Assembly: GCF_002113885.1 (NCBI RefSeq)
Contig: NW_018408803.1
Location: 381,912-445,911 of the forward strand
Direction: 5' to 3'
Source of the DNA: Mizuhopecten yessoensis
Lineage: Eukaryota
DNA length: 64,000 bases
Shown here: piece after piece, positions 37,231 to 50,509 of the stretch
How the letters are laid out: every line of letters begins with the position of its first letter
How positions within the stretch are numbered: the first letter of the stretch is position 1
The notes under the pieces: model-generated
What the model was told of the DNA's origin: nothing
The model's database searches: none
Seen by the model: the letters and a program-made list of their open reading frames with translations, nothing else
Program-made: the position numbers and the translations under genes

Positions 37231-39327
37231 GGAGTACAAATTAATTTCATATTTAATTAATTATAAAGTCTTAAATCATGAACCGTGCCACTACTCAAAA
37301 GCGATAACTGGCCATCAAGGTTACAGCAAACCTCGGAAATGTAAAATCAGAATCTACCATCTTGTATCTTGAAAGATGACCGTAACACACGTACAGATGA
37401 TAGAACCTTTAACGTTTGTAATAGATACAGTATGTAAGTAATGAATGACACTGCATCATACAGCTGTGTCGTCCTTATAGGTGATGCTCGTGGTCAAAAC
37501 GTTGGAAATTCATATTGTCTAAACTACTGTTGAAACCGAGAGGAAGGTGCTTTGAACCCCATAATTTATCATTTAAAATAAAAGAAGATTACCGGTTGAT
37601 TTCAATTCAATAATGTGAAAAGGAAACAACTCAATTTGAATCTCGTTGGTGCTATTTCTCACTATATCACTAAACTATATTTCTAATTGTGCCCTTTTTA
37701 TTTAAAAACCAATGTTAACTTCATGTGTATTTCAAGTCTTTGTTCAAAACATTAAACAATTTAGGTGCGCAAAAGTAATTCATCTGAATCTGCGATTTTC
37801 TTTCAAAATAGATCGTAAGGCCTGTCTTTGTGTAAGTTAGTGCAATATATATACAGTTACCTGTGCTTAGTGCATCTAAACTCTATAACTGATACGGGTA
37901 CACGTGCATTGTCTAATTAACAACTTACATGTGTGAGTGACATAAGTATACACCATATACGTATCGAGATTTTACTTGATACATAGTCAGCTTGATACAG
38001 AAGACGATTATAAAAAACAATAGGTGTATCGTTCTAGTTTGATTAATATATTTAGATAAAACGTTCTTTAAAAATCCATTGATATGTCTCGTGCCTCAGT
38101 TAAGCTAACCAGGACGTTCTGAGTCATACCACCTGTGTGTGTACATTTATTTTTGTTATCTTTTAGAAAACTGCAGTAACGTGTGATTTGTAAAGAAAAC
38201 CTGTTTAAGTTATTAGCTATTTCACTCACAGTGACAAGTATATTGTTACATAGTCAGCTTTATACAGACCACGCCTATACAAAGGTACGTGTATGTGTCT
38301 AGTTTTATTGATTGTTCAAAAACATATCGGTTTAAATGCATTGATATATCCCGTGCCCAAGTAAAGCTAACGAGGACGTTCTGACTGAGACATACCACTA
38401 GTGTATTGTGTTATCTTTTTAGAAAACCGTGTAATTACGTGTACTATGCAAAGAATTTTTTTTAACTAATAACTGTTTTCACTTCATCGTCGTTAGAAAA
38501 AAAATATACATGATAACGATTTTTTCAACCTAACTGAGACAAAAGGGCCAATGAAGAAAACAATGGTTTGTTGTAATTTCCTATCTCATATTTTGTTATT
38601 GTTTCGTTTTAATTAAACCAAATTAAGTCTCAGGTGCAAGATAATTCCGAAAAAAACCACCCACCTATGTTGATGAAAACATTTTAAAGAACAATTTACT
38701 ACGGATTTACGCGTTGTTTTTTATTATGCTTTATGTTGCCTTGAAAGCTTAACTTTTTTTAAATAAGCAGGATTAACCATAGATTCCCTACTTGTAGAAA
38801 ATATTACGACAAAAACACCTTGATGAAGATTAGAAGTGAAGATATTATTCCAAATAATGAAATCAAGAATGGCATCTGTGCGGCAAGGTAGAGAAAGTGA
38901 GGTAATTTACCATCCGTTTTCCCCTAGAATGGAAATAGGACTTATCCTCTGTATGTTGCCGTGACTGAAAGCCTTTAATGGAAAGGGTAGCCAGCTATAT
39001 AGTACAACGGGAGAATTACTTCAATTGAATGCCCTAAATTTCTTTTTAGAGATATCTGTTTTTAATTTAGAGATATATTTATTTCAATCAAATCCATTTT
39101 TTCTCCTTCTTTTTATATGAGGCATCTCTCAATGATGTCTCTATAAGTATAAAATAGGATAGCTCTTTCACATTTAAAGATATCTCTTTTTGCATTGTAG
39201 ATATCAGCATTTCGTTAAAGCTATGCCTTTTACGTTGAAAGATATATATTTTTTACTTTGAAAACACCTCTGTTGGTATAACATGTTACGTTGACTCGCC
39301 ATATGGGTAGCTCTCTTGAGAACTACA

Positions 39328-39443
39328 GACTCGGGTACACTCGTACAACAGACTGGGGTACACTCGTACACCATACTCGGGTACATTCGTACAACATGCT
39401 CGAGTACACTCGTACAACAGACTCGGGTACACTCGTACAACAG
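39328..39443. repeat. 23-bp minisatellite (agactcgggtacactcgtacaac), ~5 copies
   Basis: Tandem periodicity. Confidence 0.9.
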
Positions 39444-40213
39444 GGACGTGTGTGTACTCGCCAGTGTTATAAAAACCAAGATAAGATCTCGGAAATTCTG
39501 ACATTGACAAAAATTGTGAAATATACTGAATATTTACTATTATGCCAATCTCTTGTCAACAGTGACCACATAACACGTATATACTTTCTATATAATCAAG
39601 CATAACACAAGATATACAGATATTTTAAACTGTAAAATATACCACAGCAGAGATATACAAAAAAATTATGTTGCCAGCAAGCACTTGGAGTTCTAATAAA
39701 AATATCTACCAATGAGGTTCATAAAATACAAATAGGGGGATGAAGCTTTCCTATATATTATTATAATGATATATAACGTTCAAGTGGCTGTGACAATATC
39801 TAACGTAGGCGTTGTACGTGAATTACGTTCTATTTTGGACACTTTGAGACCTCTCAGCCATATGTGTTTGCTCTTAGGTATCATAGCATATAAATCAGTC
39901 AACTCTTTATAAATCTTCCCTGTTATAACGTCATTCCCATTTTGATTGCCTATATTTAGCTGGAAAAATACTGACATTAATTACGAGGCTTTATTGTAAG
40001 TATGAAAAGCGCAGTTTTCTGTATTTTACTCGGTAATTTTGTCTTTCTTTGGAAAGTGGTCCATTAACCTACTATTCACTGTTTCGCGGAAACAAAACAC
40101 AAATAAGTTTAAACACAAATATGTAAACATTTATTACAAAGCAAGCATTGTGGAGAAGGACAAGAAAGACAGTGTTTTGCAAATAAACTACTACAATGTA
40201 AAAAATTTTTTAT

Positions 40214-40590
40214 TGGCTACGAGAACTTCCTGACGTTTTAGACTGGATCAAAATGACGCTTCAGTGGCTGCACAACAAGACGGGCTACTTCAAACCTCGG
40301 TACCACAGCAGCATATTTACTGGGAATGAAGTTAAAGGGAAGTCCCAGTGATTGACAAGAATGCTTTAAACCTTTAAGCTTAGGTATCACAGCAGCATCT
40401 TAACAGGAAGTAAGGTTCAGAGGAAGCTCACGGTGAAATATAAGACTGATTCAAAATTCGGTACAACAGCAGCATTGTTACTGGAAGAAGGGTTTACAGG
40501 GAGAGCACGGTGATTTATAATACTGCCTACAATTTAGATAAGATAGAAAACATGCCTACAGAAAGTAGGTTTAGGGGGAAATAACGATAA
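40214..40590 (+). pseudogene. Decayed copy of C16orf89 exon 5 followed by ~75-bp repeats of the exon end
   Basis: tacgagaacttcc...gactggatcaaaatgacgcttcagtggc matches 29089-29140; acceptor lost, frameshift and stop. Confidence 0.85.
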
Positions 40591-41138
40591 TAATAAATAA
40601 ATAATAATATACATCCATTGTATAGAACCCTATATAATTACTTTACTATAATTTGCAAAATTACTCTAAGGTGCTTTACGACATATGAATAATGGTATTC
40701 CTAGAGTGACAGTTATACACATCGTAGATGAAAAAAAGGAATTCAAATAAACATTACATATTAGGTAACAAGACATTTTCTTCATAATTAGTTATGCACA
40801 TATACATATAACCAATATGACGTCTGCGCAAAAGAGCCTAAAATGCAGACGTAAAAAGTGTGAAGGAAATGAAATGAAAATGTTTAAAGGAAAAAAAGTC
40901 AATTCATAGAGACATTTCACAGAATCGGATTTGTCATGCAATATCATAAAATATATAATATGCATTTGTTAAATAAAGAAGTAATGTTACAGGCCGTATA
41001 CTGTTTTCAATATTAATTTAAACAAGAAAAGTCATTGACAGGTAAAAACTTTGTTTTCAATGTTATCCTATGTACGCTACACAACGCGTTACATTTAATT
41101 GTCGTACAACTTAAAACTCATGTACGCGCTCATTCTCG

Positions 41139-41489
41139 CATCCTCAATACTCCAGGGATTATGCTCACTTTCGCTCTCTGCTTCCCTGGAAAATGTCAAA
41201 GCAAAATCGATGGCACGCGACTAGCTATTTGAAAGGTGTAGAAAAAAACTGACTAATCGTTTGATGGATAGCTGTCGTTTGAAGATTACAGATAAACGGT
41301 AACCCACTTTAAAGCCGGTCAATTTTACCGTTACGCGACCGCGATATTCATTGTATGTTCATCAAATGATCAGACTAGTCTTCTTGCCTCTTCGACAAGG
41401 TGCCGTACACTGAGCCTTTGATTTTGCTACGACATAATCCAGTGGTGCAGAGAGCGAAAGTGAGCATAATTCCTTGAGTATCGATCATG
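41139..41489. mobile_element. CATCCTCG MITE copy 8 (duplicated with its unit)
   Basis: Family sequence. Confidence 0.8.
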
Positions 41490-41566
41490 GTTCGCTACGC
41501 TACGCAACTCGTTATTTGTAGTTGCTCATTATCGTACACCTAACCACACTCTGTTAAATTTCACAG

Positions 41567-41617
41567 AAATTAGCATTTCATTATCAAATTACTTCTTCAG
41601 GAGAAAACTATGAAAAG
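41567..41617 (+). pseudogene. Decayed copy of C16orf89 exon 6
   Basis: tttcacag|aa...acttcttcaggagaaaactatgaaaa matches 30705-30754. Confidence 0.75.
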
Positions 41618-41917
41618 TGAAGTTTTTAATTCAGCCGCAGAACCAACTTAAGATAAGTTATATATCGATAAGCTATACCACGTCCAACCCCACTGTAATC
41701 CACATAAAACATCAATTAAACACCACCTTAAACTAAAACTTTCTTGCGCTATTCTTATAGATGTTATTTAATGTAGATGTACATCTATGTAGACATATGA
41801 ACTGGTACCCATTGACTAAACGTAAATAATATATTACGTGTCTTATGGTGTCTAATCACGGCCATATTGCGTTGTCGTGTTGTCGTTTTTTCGCGATAAA
41901 GGGGAGATTTAGTAAAT

Positions 41918-42812
41918 ACAAGAGGCCCATGAGCCTTAATGGTCACCTGAGTTATTTAAAAACTGATGTTATCGATGCTGCCAAATGAAAAAGAAATAAT
42001 TTTGTAACAAAGGTAACTTGAACTACATGTAATGCAAAAGTAGTGTGAAAGATCTGGGTAGTATATGTTCTGTCAGTCAGCTGAATTATGGTTAAGTACC
42101 TTAAGACCCTTCTATCTATGAAGAGTATTTGATTCTACCATATCTGGATCTTGAGAAGACGCTTTTTTGGCCCCGCCCCTCAGGCACCTGGGGGCTGGGG
42201 ACCATTTACTTTACAATTAAGCTATAGTAAAGTTTACCCCCTCCCCAGGGGGAAACGTGATACCCGTGGGTCATGAAATTCACAATTTTGGTAAAGCACT
42301 TTAAGCCCCTTCCATCTTTGAAGAGTATTTGATTCTACCATATCTGGGTCTTGAGGAGAAGATTTTTGAAATGTTAGTCAATTCAACCCTTTTTAACCCC
42401 ACCCATCAGCCCCTGGGGGTCAGTCAGGGCTGATATGTGCATACCAGCAAACTTCTATTCGATGCTGGTAATGCTTACCAAGTTTGAATTAATTCCAATG
42501 GAGATTAAACAAATGTTGGTCTAAAATGTGATTTCCCTATATAAACAATAGTAAAATGTATCCCATCATAGCATTTGATCCTACCATATCTGGGTCTTGA
42601 GCAGAAGATTTTTGAAATTTCAGTCAATTCGATCCTTTTTTGCCCCACCCATCAGCCCCTGGGGACCATATAATTTCATTAAAATTGGGTCAGGGGTTAT
42701 GGAGAAAAAGTCGAAAATGTAAATTGTTTACGGACGCACAACGGACGACGGATGACGCCGGACAAAAGGCGATCGCAATAGGTCACTTGAGACTTTGTCT
42801 CAGGTGACCGAA
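41918..42812 (-). mobile_element. Helentron-associated non-autonomous element (HINE)
   Basis: subTIR ggtcacctgag at both ends; IR ggtcacttgag..ctcaggtgacc; (gacg)n microsatellite; terminal hairpin aggcccatgagcct; internal ~240-bp repeats. Inserted in an A-run with no TSD; the empty site is visible at ~31072. Confidence 0.85.
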
Positions 42813-43240
42813 AAATTTCACCTTGTCGTTTTTTTACGTCATTTACGGATTTAAACAGTTCCACCGAAAAATGGTTTTTAACAGAAAACATCTCTTATTA
42901 TTTTATGACATAATCTGCTTTGATGAACGTGAATGTGCATGTGTTGTTGTTCGTTGTCTGTGGACGGCCTGACATTGTAAACAAGGTGAGTGACTATACG
43001 TGACTACAAATGTACTGTGGTTCCCAAACGGGCACCAACCACTGGATTTAGTAAAACAAAACACACTTTTAGTTGACACTAAGGATTATGAGAAATTCCT
43101 GATTTAGGGACACATTTTTCATTGTGGTCGTTTTTAACGGTATTAGATACCATGTAAACAGCTATACAACATACTGCTTCACCGTGAAATCAATTTTCTA
43201 TAGTCAATAGTCCTCAACTGTTTCACATCTTTTTATCACA

Positions 43241-44875
43241 ATGGCAACATCACTGCACAAAGCGCAAATCCCTTTCCGGGTTAAAGGTCAAACCACCTGT
43301 ATTCACCACAAGGCGGAACAATTGGACCTTTACTGTGAAGAATGCCAACAACTTGCATGTACTAACTGTCTGTCTATTGTACATAAGAGCCATCCATTGT
43401 GTAGATTAGATCAAATAACTCCCAAAAAGAAAGAAGACATCCAAAACTACATAGACAAAACCGAGAAAGCTGACCTGGTACAAATCGACCAATACATCAC
43501 TGCTACTGAGGAACATTTAAAGGACAATGCAAATAACTTTGAAAAACTTTCACATCAGTTAAAGACGCAAACTAACAAATTAAAACATGATCTTGACCTA
43601 ATTACAGCTGAGACGTTGTCTCTCTATCAACAAATGGAGGAGGATAACACCAAACTACTACAAACCTACAAACAGGACCTGGAAATGTACAGTACACAGC
43701 TGAAACAACAAGTGCAAGATTTGAAGACAGCACTTCAGCGGGGCTCTGACATACAAATCTACGACGCAGGATCTGAAATTCAATCTTCTGTCACACCCCC
43801 TGTTAAACCTACCCTGGGTACCGCTAGCTTCAGTCCTAACCGAAATCCTCAGAATTTTCTGGAACAAGCATTGGGAAAAGTTAACATCTCAAGTCAAGGT
43901 CATGGTCAAGCCTTACAAGAACATTATCGTTCAGTAGGATCATATGCTGGGCAAGGATTACTCTCTACACAACTCCAGTCAAAACTAAAGGTTAAGACAC
44001 CATCTACTCAACAGAGATCAAACGGAAGAAAGGACGTGTCCGGTCCAGTGTTTACCTTGTTGTCTCAAACCAAGGTGTTGGGGGATTGGGAGTCTCCATG
44101 TGGCATCACTTGTGTATGTCCCACCACTGATGGTCAGGTGTTGACCAGTTACTATGGCGGTGACACCATAACTCTCCAGGACAGGAAGGGCAAAGTTATA
44201 CAGGAGGTTAAACACAATACTTTGATAGGTGACATAAGTCTGTCACCTACAACCAACACACTGTGGGTCTGTGACTGGCTAAACAACCTCACAGAGCTCG
44301 TGTCAGGACGACTAGTACACAGATTCAGTACCAGGAAGACACCAAGGTGTATCTGTATTACAGCTAGTAACCATGTCATTGTAGGGATGGTCAAACATAT
44401 CTCCAAATTTACCACAAAAGATAAACTGGTAGTTACTACATCAGCTAAGGGAAAGACACTAGTGTGTACACCACACAGGATCTCAGAGTGTCCTGTCACT
44501 CACAATGTCGCAGTGGTTGACTTGGATATAAAATATAATGGTGGTGAAGGGAAAGCACATGTTGTTGTCATGGACACAGATTTCAAGGAACTATTTGTAT
44601 ATGATGGTAAAGTCCCACATACCTTTAAATCAACATCACAGTCAGGAGGTAAACGATTTAACCCCTCTGGTGTGGTGTATGATAGTGTTGGTAACCTAGA
44701 CATAGGGGACTATTACAACAACCGTATCCTACTCATCAGTGGGCGTGGTGAGTTCCTCAGGATCATCCACACAGATGACGACTGGACACGGTCTATTGGT
44801 GTAGACAGGGAGAATGTCCTGTGGGCAGCGTTTGGGTTTAACAATGTCAAACTACTACAGTACAGCAGTGTGTGA
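43241..44875 (+). CDS. RING-less TRIM-like B-box/coiled-coil/NHL-like protein, copy 2, 544 aa
   Basis: Intact ORF collinear with copy 1 (45 of the first 60 aa identical); AATAAA at 45003. Confidence 0.93.
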   Translation: MATSLHKAQIPFRVKGQTTCIHHKAEQLDLYCEECQQLACTNCLSIVHKSHPLCRLDQITPKKKEDIQNYIDKTEKADLVQIDQYITATEEHLKDNANNFEKLSHQLKTQTNKLKHDLDLITAETLSLYQQMEEDNTKLLQTYKQDLEMYSTQLKQQVQDLKTALQRGSDIQIYDAGSEIQSSVTPPVKPTLGTASFSPNRNPQNFLEQALGKVNISSQGHGQALQEHYRSVGSYAGQGLLSTQLQSKLKVKTPSTQQRSNGRKDVSGPVFTLLSQTKVLGDWESPCGITCVCPTTDGQVLTSYYGGDTITLQDRKGKVIQEVKHNTLIGDISLSPTTNTLWVCDWLNNLTELVSGRLVHRFSTRKTPRCICITASNHVIVGMVKHISKFTTKDKLVVTTSAKGKTLVCTPHRISECPVTHNVAVVDLDIKYNGGEGKAHVVVMDTDFKELFVYDGKVPHTFKSTSQSGGKRFNPSGVVYDSVGNLDIGDYYNNRILLISGRGEFLRIIHTDDDWTRSIGVDRENVLWAAFGFNNVKLLQYSSV

Positions 44876-45769
44876 CGACTGGACAAAATATCATGTGTAT
44901 ATAAAGTAACAAACACTGAAAGGATGATGGAAATTGTCTTGAAAAATTTCAACACAAGATGTAAACTACGGAACTAAGAAGTGTATCAACGCAAAAGATA
45001 CTAATAAACATATACGACAATTATTGAAATGTTTAAATTAAAAAACGACAATTCAGATAATTAATTTAATTTCAAAAGAACTGAAAAAGATGTGATGTTT
45101 GACAATAGTGATGACTTTAGGAAGAAATTCGAGGCATAGAATAATATTTAACTTTTTCAGAATCCAAATTCTTCGATAAATATCTATTCTCGCTGAAAAA
45201 TATTTGGTAAAAATGTAGTATGTTTATGTTTTCTGCTGCCATTTTGAGCTGACCTGATGTTACAAAAAATGGCTGTCGCGTGAATATGTGAATATGTTTT
45301 ATATATCTAGTTTTAACGATCAGCTGTTCAATTCAATTACTCAATCTGTAAATAAAAGGTTTTGCTTGTTTTCATTACAGTAAGATCTTAATCAGCTATT
45401 TTATATGTTATTATATATCCCATTACACCAGCAAACTGCAGGCCACATTTCTTCACTCTCAACCTGTTCATGGTTCATTAGAACATTGCGTTTAAATACA
45501 TTGAAATATTTGACCTACTTGACTTTAGATATTGGTCAAGGTCATTATTTTCACAAGCTTGATAGTACATAGTATGACCATAGCGTCTTATATTCATAGG
45601 AAAAAGTTTAAGTGGGGAAAAAAGTTTCTGTATCAGATTCAAGGTCATAAGAGTCTTATTTGAGAAAACACTGAACATTTATCGCTCAGCTTTTATTTTG
45701 TTCAAGTCAATGACTCAATATATAACAAAAGGGGCATTTTATATTTCCGTAAATTCATAATCATTTTTA

Positions 45770-47940
45770 AAGTGTCCGGACTTACGAGGTTTCCTTGTAA
45801 CATCAAAGTGTCCAGGTAAACAATTAATGTTCAATTTACACAGTAATCCAAGTCTCCAGCCTAACAAGTTATCCTGTAATAACAAAGTGTTGGGAATAAC
45901 AAGGTTTCGCTGTAATAAAAAAATGTACGGATTAATGAGGTTCTGTTGTAACAACAATGTTTCCGGACAAACGAGTTTCCACTGTTATAACAAATTGTAC
46001 GGACTATCGAGATTTCCCTCTAATAAAATAGTGTCCGGACTAACGAGGTTCCCTTTTAATAACAATGCGTCCGGACTTACGAGGTTTCTCTGCAATAAAA
46101 TCGTGTCCGGACTAACGTGATTCTCCAAGGTAATAACAATGTGTCCGGACTAACGAGGATACACTGTAATAACAATGTGTCCAGAATAACGAGGGTCCTC
46201 TGTTATAACAGTGTCCGATCATTCGAGGTATCCGTAATAACAAGGCTCCGCTGTAACAAAAAAGTGTCAAGACAATGTATCTGGACTTACGAGGTTTCGC
46301 AGTATAAACAAAGTATCCGGACTCATTGATAAACAAAGCCTTACAGGAAATATCAAATTCCAATCAAGTATACCAAATAATTGAGAAAGTTGTAATGTTA
46401 GGAAGCTGTCATTTCAACCAAGAATATAATGCAGTAATCAATTTGTTTGTCTTTACTACAAAGTGGCACATATGGAAAGAAAAAAATAAGATAAAATTTG
46501 ATAATGACTATGAAGTTGCTGACTTCACACAGCATATTTTGAAGTGTGTTAAACAAGAACTTAGGTTTACAATAAATGCAATTGAAAGCGTTAAAAGATA
46601 TCAACAATTGGGGAATAAGTTACAAGCAATTTTTGCAAATTGAAATTGAAATCAACGTAAGAGCAAATGAGTAGAAAGAAAGAAGATGAATAAGAGAAAA
46701 AAATGGTCAGAGTGAGGAAGATGAGCGTACAAATTAGAGCGAGTCGGAGAATGAATATGCTACATGTACTATGTACAGGGACTGGGCCAGGCCCCATCCT
46801 GGTATTCCCTATTGTATTCGGGATAATAAACCATAAAATAGAAAAGAAAAAAAAGTATCCGGACTAAATCAGTGCCACTGTAAGAACAAATTGTCCGGAC
46901 AAAAGAGGTTCCGCTGTAATAACAAAATAACAAAATGTACGAACTAAGGTGGTTTCCCTGTAATAAAATAGTGTCCAGACTCACGAGGATTCGATGTAAT
47001 AACAATGTGTCCGGACTAAAGAGGTTCCGCTGTAATAACAAAGCGTCCGAACTAACGAGGTTACCCTATAATAACGAAATATCCGGACTAACGAGGTTCA
47101 ACTGTAATAACAAAGCATCCGGACTAACTAGGTTTCCCTCTTATAACAAATAAGGACTAAATCATTTCCACTGTAATAACAAAGCGTCCAGACTTACGAG
47201 ATGCCCCTGTTATAACTACGTGTGCAGACTTACGAGATTCAGCTGTAATATAAATGTGTTTGGACTAGCAAGGTTTCCCTGTAATAACTGAAAATCCAGA
47301 CTAACGAGGTTCTGCGGTAATAACAATGTTTCCAGACTAACGAGGTTCCCTGTATAAACAATGTGTGCGGACTAATGAGGTTCCTCTGTTATAGCATAGT
47401 GTTCAGACGAACGTCGTTCCCCTTTTAAAAATAATGTATTTGGGCTAACGAGATTCCCCTTTATTAATAAAGTGTCCAGACTTACGAGAATTTGCTGTAA
47501 CAAAGTGTCCAGACTTACGAGATTCTTCTGTTATAACAAAGTGTCCAAACTTACTAGATTCCCCTGTTATAATAAAGTGTTCAGACTTACGAGATTCTCT
47601 TGTTATAATAAAATGTCCAGACCTACGAGATTCTCCTGTTATAATAAAGTGTCCAGACTTACGAAATTCTTCTGTTATAACAAAGTGTCCTAACTTACTA
47701 GATTCCCCTGTTATAACAAAGTGTCCGGACTAACGAGGTTTCGATGTAATAACAAAGTGTCTGGACTAACGAGGTCCCCTGTTATATCAAAATGTCCAGA
47801 GAAACAAGTAATGTTCAATTTTTCAAAGAAAAGTCCAAGTTTACGGCCTCACGAGGTTCCCCTGTATTAATAAAGTATCCGTCCTTACAATGTTCCATTG
47901 TATCGAGAAATCAAAGTATCAAGACTGACGAGGTTACCTG
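45770..47940. repeat. 36-bp satellite, array 2 (expanded; interrupted by a LINE fragment)
   Basis: Same unit as 35510-36125. Confidence 0.9.
46324..46851 (+). mobile_element. 5'-truncated L1/Tx1-type LINE (ORF2 C-terminus, 3'UTR, A-rich tail)
   Basis: ORF 46326..46643 has KWHIWKEKNKIKF (the K..IW..RN...F motif of L1/Tx1 ORF2 ends); AATAAA and A-tail; 14-bp TSD aaagtatccggact (46310-46323/46852-46865). Confidence 0.85.
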
Positions 47941-49994
47941 ATATATTTTATTTTCCCATTTTAATCGAGATTCCTGAGATTAGCACAATGATAACACAAC
48001 AGTACTACGATGTTTCCAATTTATAGAATATAACACTATAAAATACAAACTGACCATTGAAATGTCATATACCAGAACAGTTATTTTTTTGAATAATTTT
48101 AGAACTGATAGAGGCAAGAATTTCCCTGAAAAATTCCCACCTCATGAATTTAACTTTTTAACGTTCCGTGGCAAAGATTTTTTTTTATCCAAATTTTACT
48201 TACTTTGCTCTTCTATAGAAAATAAATGAAATACAAATTTCATTATAAAATTCTCGCCCTACTCGAGAAAAAGAGAATAAAATATTTATTTTTCTACTAC
48301 CATGGTTTCCTTGTGGTATTCCAGTCTCTTATTTAGTTATTTTTTTGTCGTAATTATATTCAATTAAATCGCACGTGCGAGATAATCCGAATAATGTTAT
48401 TAAAAAAATATTTAATCTAAAAACATTTTCATGTACAAGATTAAATATTTCCATAAAAGTTTAGCTTTCCTAGTTGCAGAAAATACCATGCAAAAACTTG
48501 AAGAAATGCAAAAAACAAGTAATGCAATTCCATCCTGGTAAATAGAGAAGGCGAGGTGAATCACCATCCTTTTAACCCATTGAACGGAAATTGGACTAAA
48601 CCTGTGTGTATTGCCGTGAATTAGGAGCCTGCAATCGAAAGGGGTAGATAGCTATAGTACACATCGGGAGAGGGCCAGGTACCGGCCTATTTAGTAGCCC
48701 CAGTTAGACCCGGTGGGTTGTATAAAGCTCCCTTGGGAACTACGGACTCGGGTGCATTGCATGTAAAAGGAAAGGTTGAGAACTCGTCAGTGTTATAAAC
48801 ACAAGGAAAGTTTTATAGAAATTGTGACTTTTACACCAATAGTGAAATTGGCCGAATGTTTACTGTGAAGGGTATGACTGAGAGGCCAATTAAGGGTGGA
48901 AATAGAACGTTTTTCCTATACAGGTTGTTATCGCAGCCATCTGACGTTATACATCATTGTGATAGATAGAAAAAAATTCAAACCTAAGACACACACAGGG
49001 GATAACACCCTTTATGTTTAGTAATCCAGTGATTTACTGTCGAAACAGGGATGGATGGGTTAGAATTGTTAAAATCCTTAATTTAGGAGTACAAATTAAT
49101 TTCACATTTAATTTATTATAAAAGTCTTGAATTATGAACCGTACCAAAACTCAAAAAGATAACTGGCCATCAAGGTTACAGCAAACCTCGGAAATGAAAA
49201 CTCAGTCTACCATCTTGTATCTTGAAAGATGATCGTAACACACGGACAGATGATAGAACCTTTAACGTTTGTAATAGATACAGTATGTAAGTAATGAATG
49301 ACACTGCATCATACAGCTGTTTCGTCCTTCTATAACTTATACTTGATGAGGAAAGAACTCAATTTGAATCCATTTGGTGTCATTTCTCAATGTATTTCTG
49401 ATCAGGTTTGTTTAAAAAAAATATGTATCTTTAACTTGATGTGTATACCTAATCTTTGTTCAAACCATTTTTTTCAAATTGATTACGTTATGTGCACATA
49501 ATGACTTCAACAGAATCGTTGGTTTCTGTCAAAATTGATCGTTACGTCTATCTGTGTGAATGATATTAATGTAGCTCTTTATCATATACGGGTAAGACAT
49601 GCATTGTTTACTTCACAACTTACATGTGTGAGTGACATAAGTATACACCATATACGTAATGTGGCATAGTCAGCATGATACAGACGACGCCTATAAAAAA
49701 GGTATGTGTATCTGTCTAGTTTGATTAATTGATTTAGAAATGTAATATATATGTTTAAATCCGTAGTGGATATATCGCATACCTTAGTTAAGCTAACCAG
49801 AACGTTACGACTGAGACATACCACTGGTGTCTTTTGTTATCCTTTAGAAAACCGCCGTAATGTGTAATTTGCAAAGAAAACATTTTCATATTATAAACAT
49901 TTTCACTTCATCAACTTTACAAATACAAAATGAAATGATAAAAAAANGGAAAATACAATGAACAAACTTGTTAATACAATGATTTAGATGCGCT

Positions 49995-50337
49995 CATTCT
50001 GGATAACCAGGGGTTACGCTCACATCTCTACCCCTGGAATATATGTGATAGCAAAATCGAAGGCACGGGACTAGCTATTTGATTATTTTAAGGTAGATAA
50101 AACTTACCAGCCGCTCATCTGATATTTGTCCTTTGACAGTTTTAGAGGAGCGACACCCGACTTAAAAGCCAGTCAATTTTACCGTTTCGCGACCGAACGT
50201 TTTTTTTATGCACATCAAAGGATTCGATGAAACTAGCCTTATCGTCTCATCAACAAGATGGTGCTCATTGAGCCTTCTATTTAGCTATAACATATCCTAG
50301 GGGTGCAGTGAGCGTGATCCCTTGAGAATCGAGGATG
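49995..50337. mobile_element. CATCCTCG MITE copy 9, in a partial duplicate followed by the exon-6 acceptor remnant (~50405-50420)
   Basis: Family sequence; downstream gtacaactaaccacattctgttacatttcacagaagtga matches 30672-30710. Confidence 0.75.
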
Positions 50338-50509
50338 ATACGCCCTACACAAAGTGATATGTAAAGATTTCCATAGTTGTACAACTAACCACATTCTGTT
50401 ACATTTCACAGAAGTGATCATTCTTCAGCTATTGCTGTAGATATACTTTAAACACCCCCTAACACGGAGAAAACGAAACTGAGTTGTGATTATGTGTGTT
50501 CAATCCCTT

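Noticed and set aside
35510-47940. 36-bp repeats as a CRISPR array
   Set aside because: Units are head-to-tail with no unique spacers, there are no cas genes, and the context is eukaryotic.
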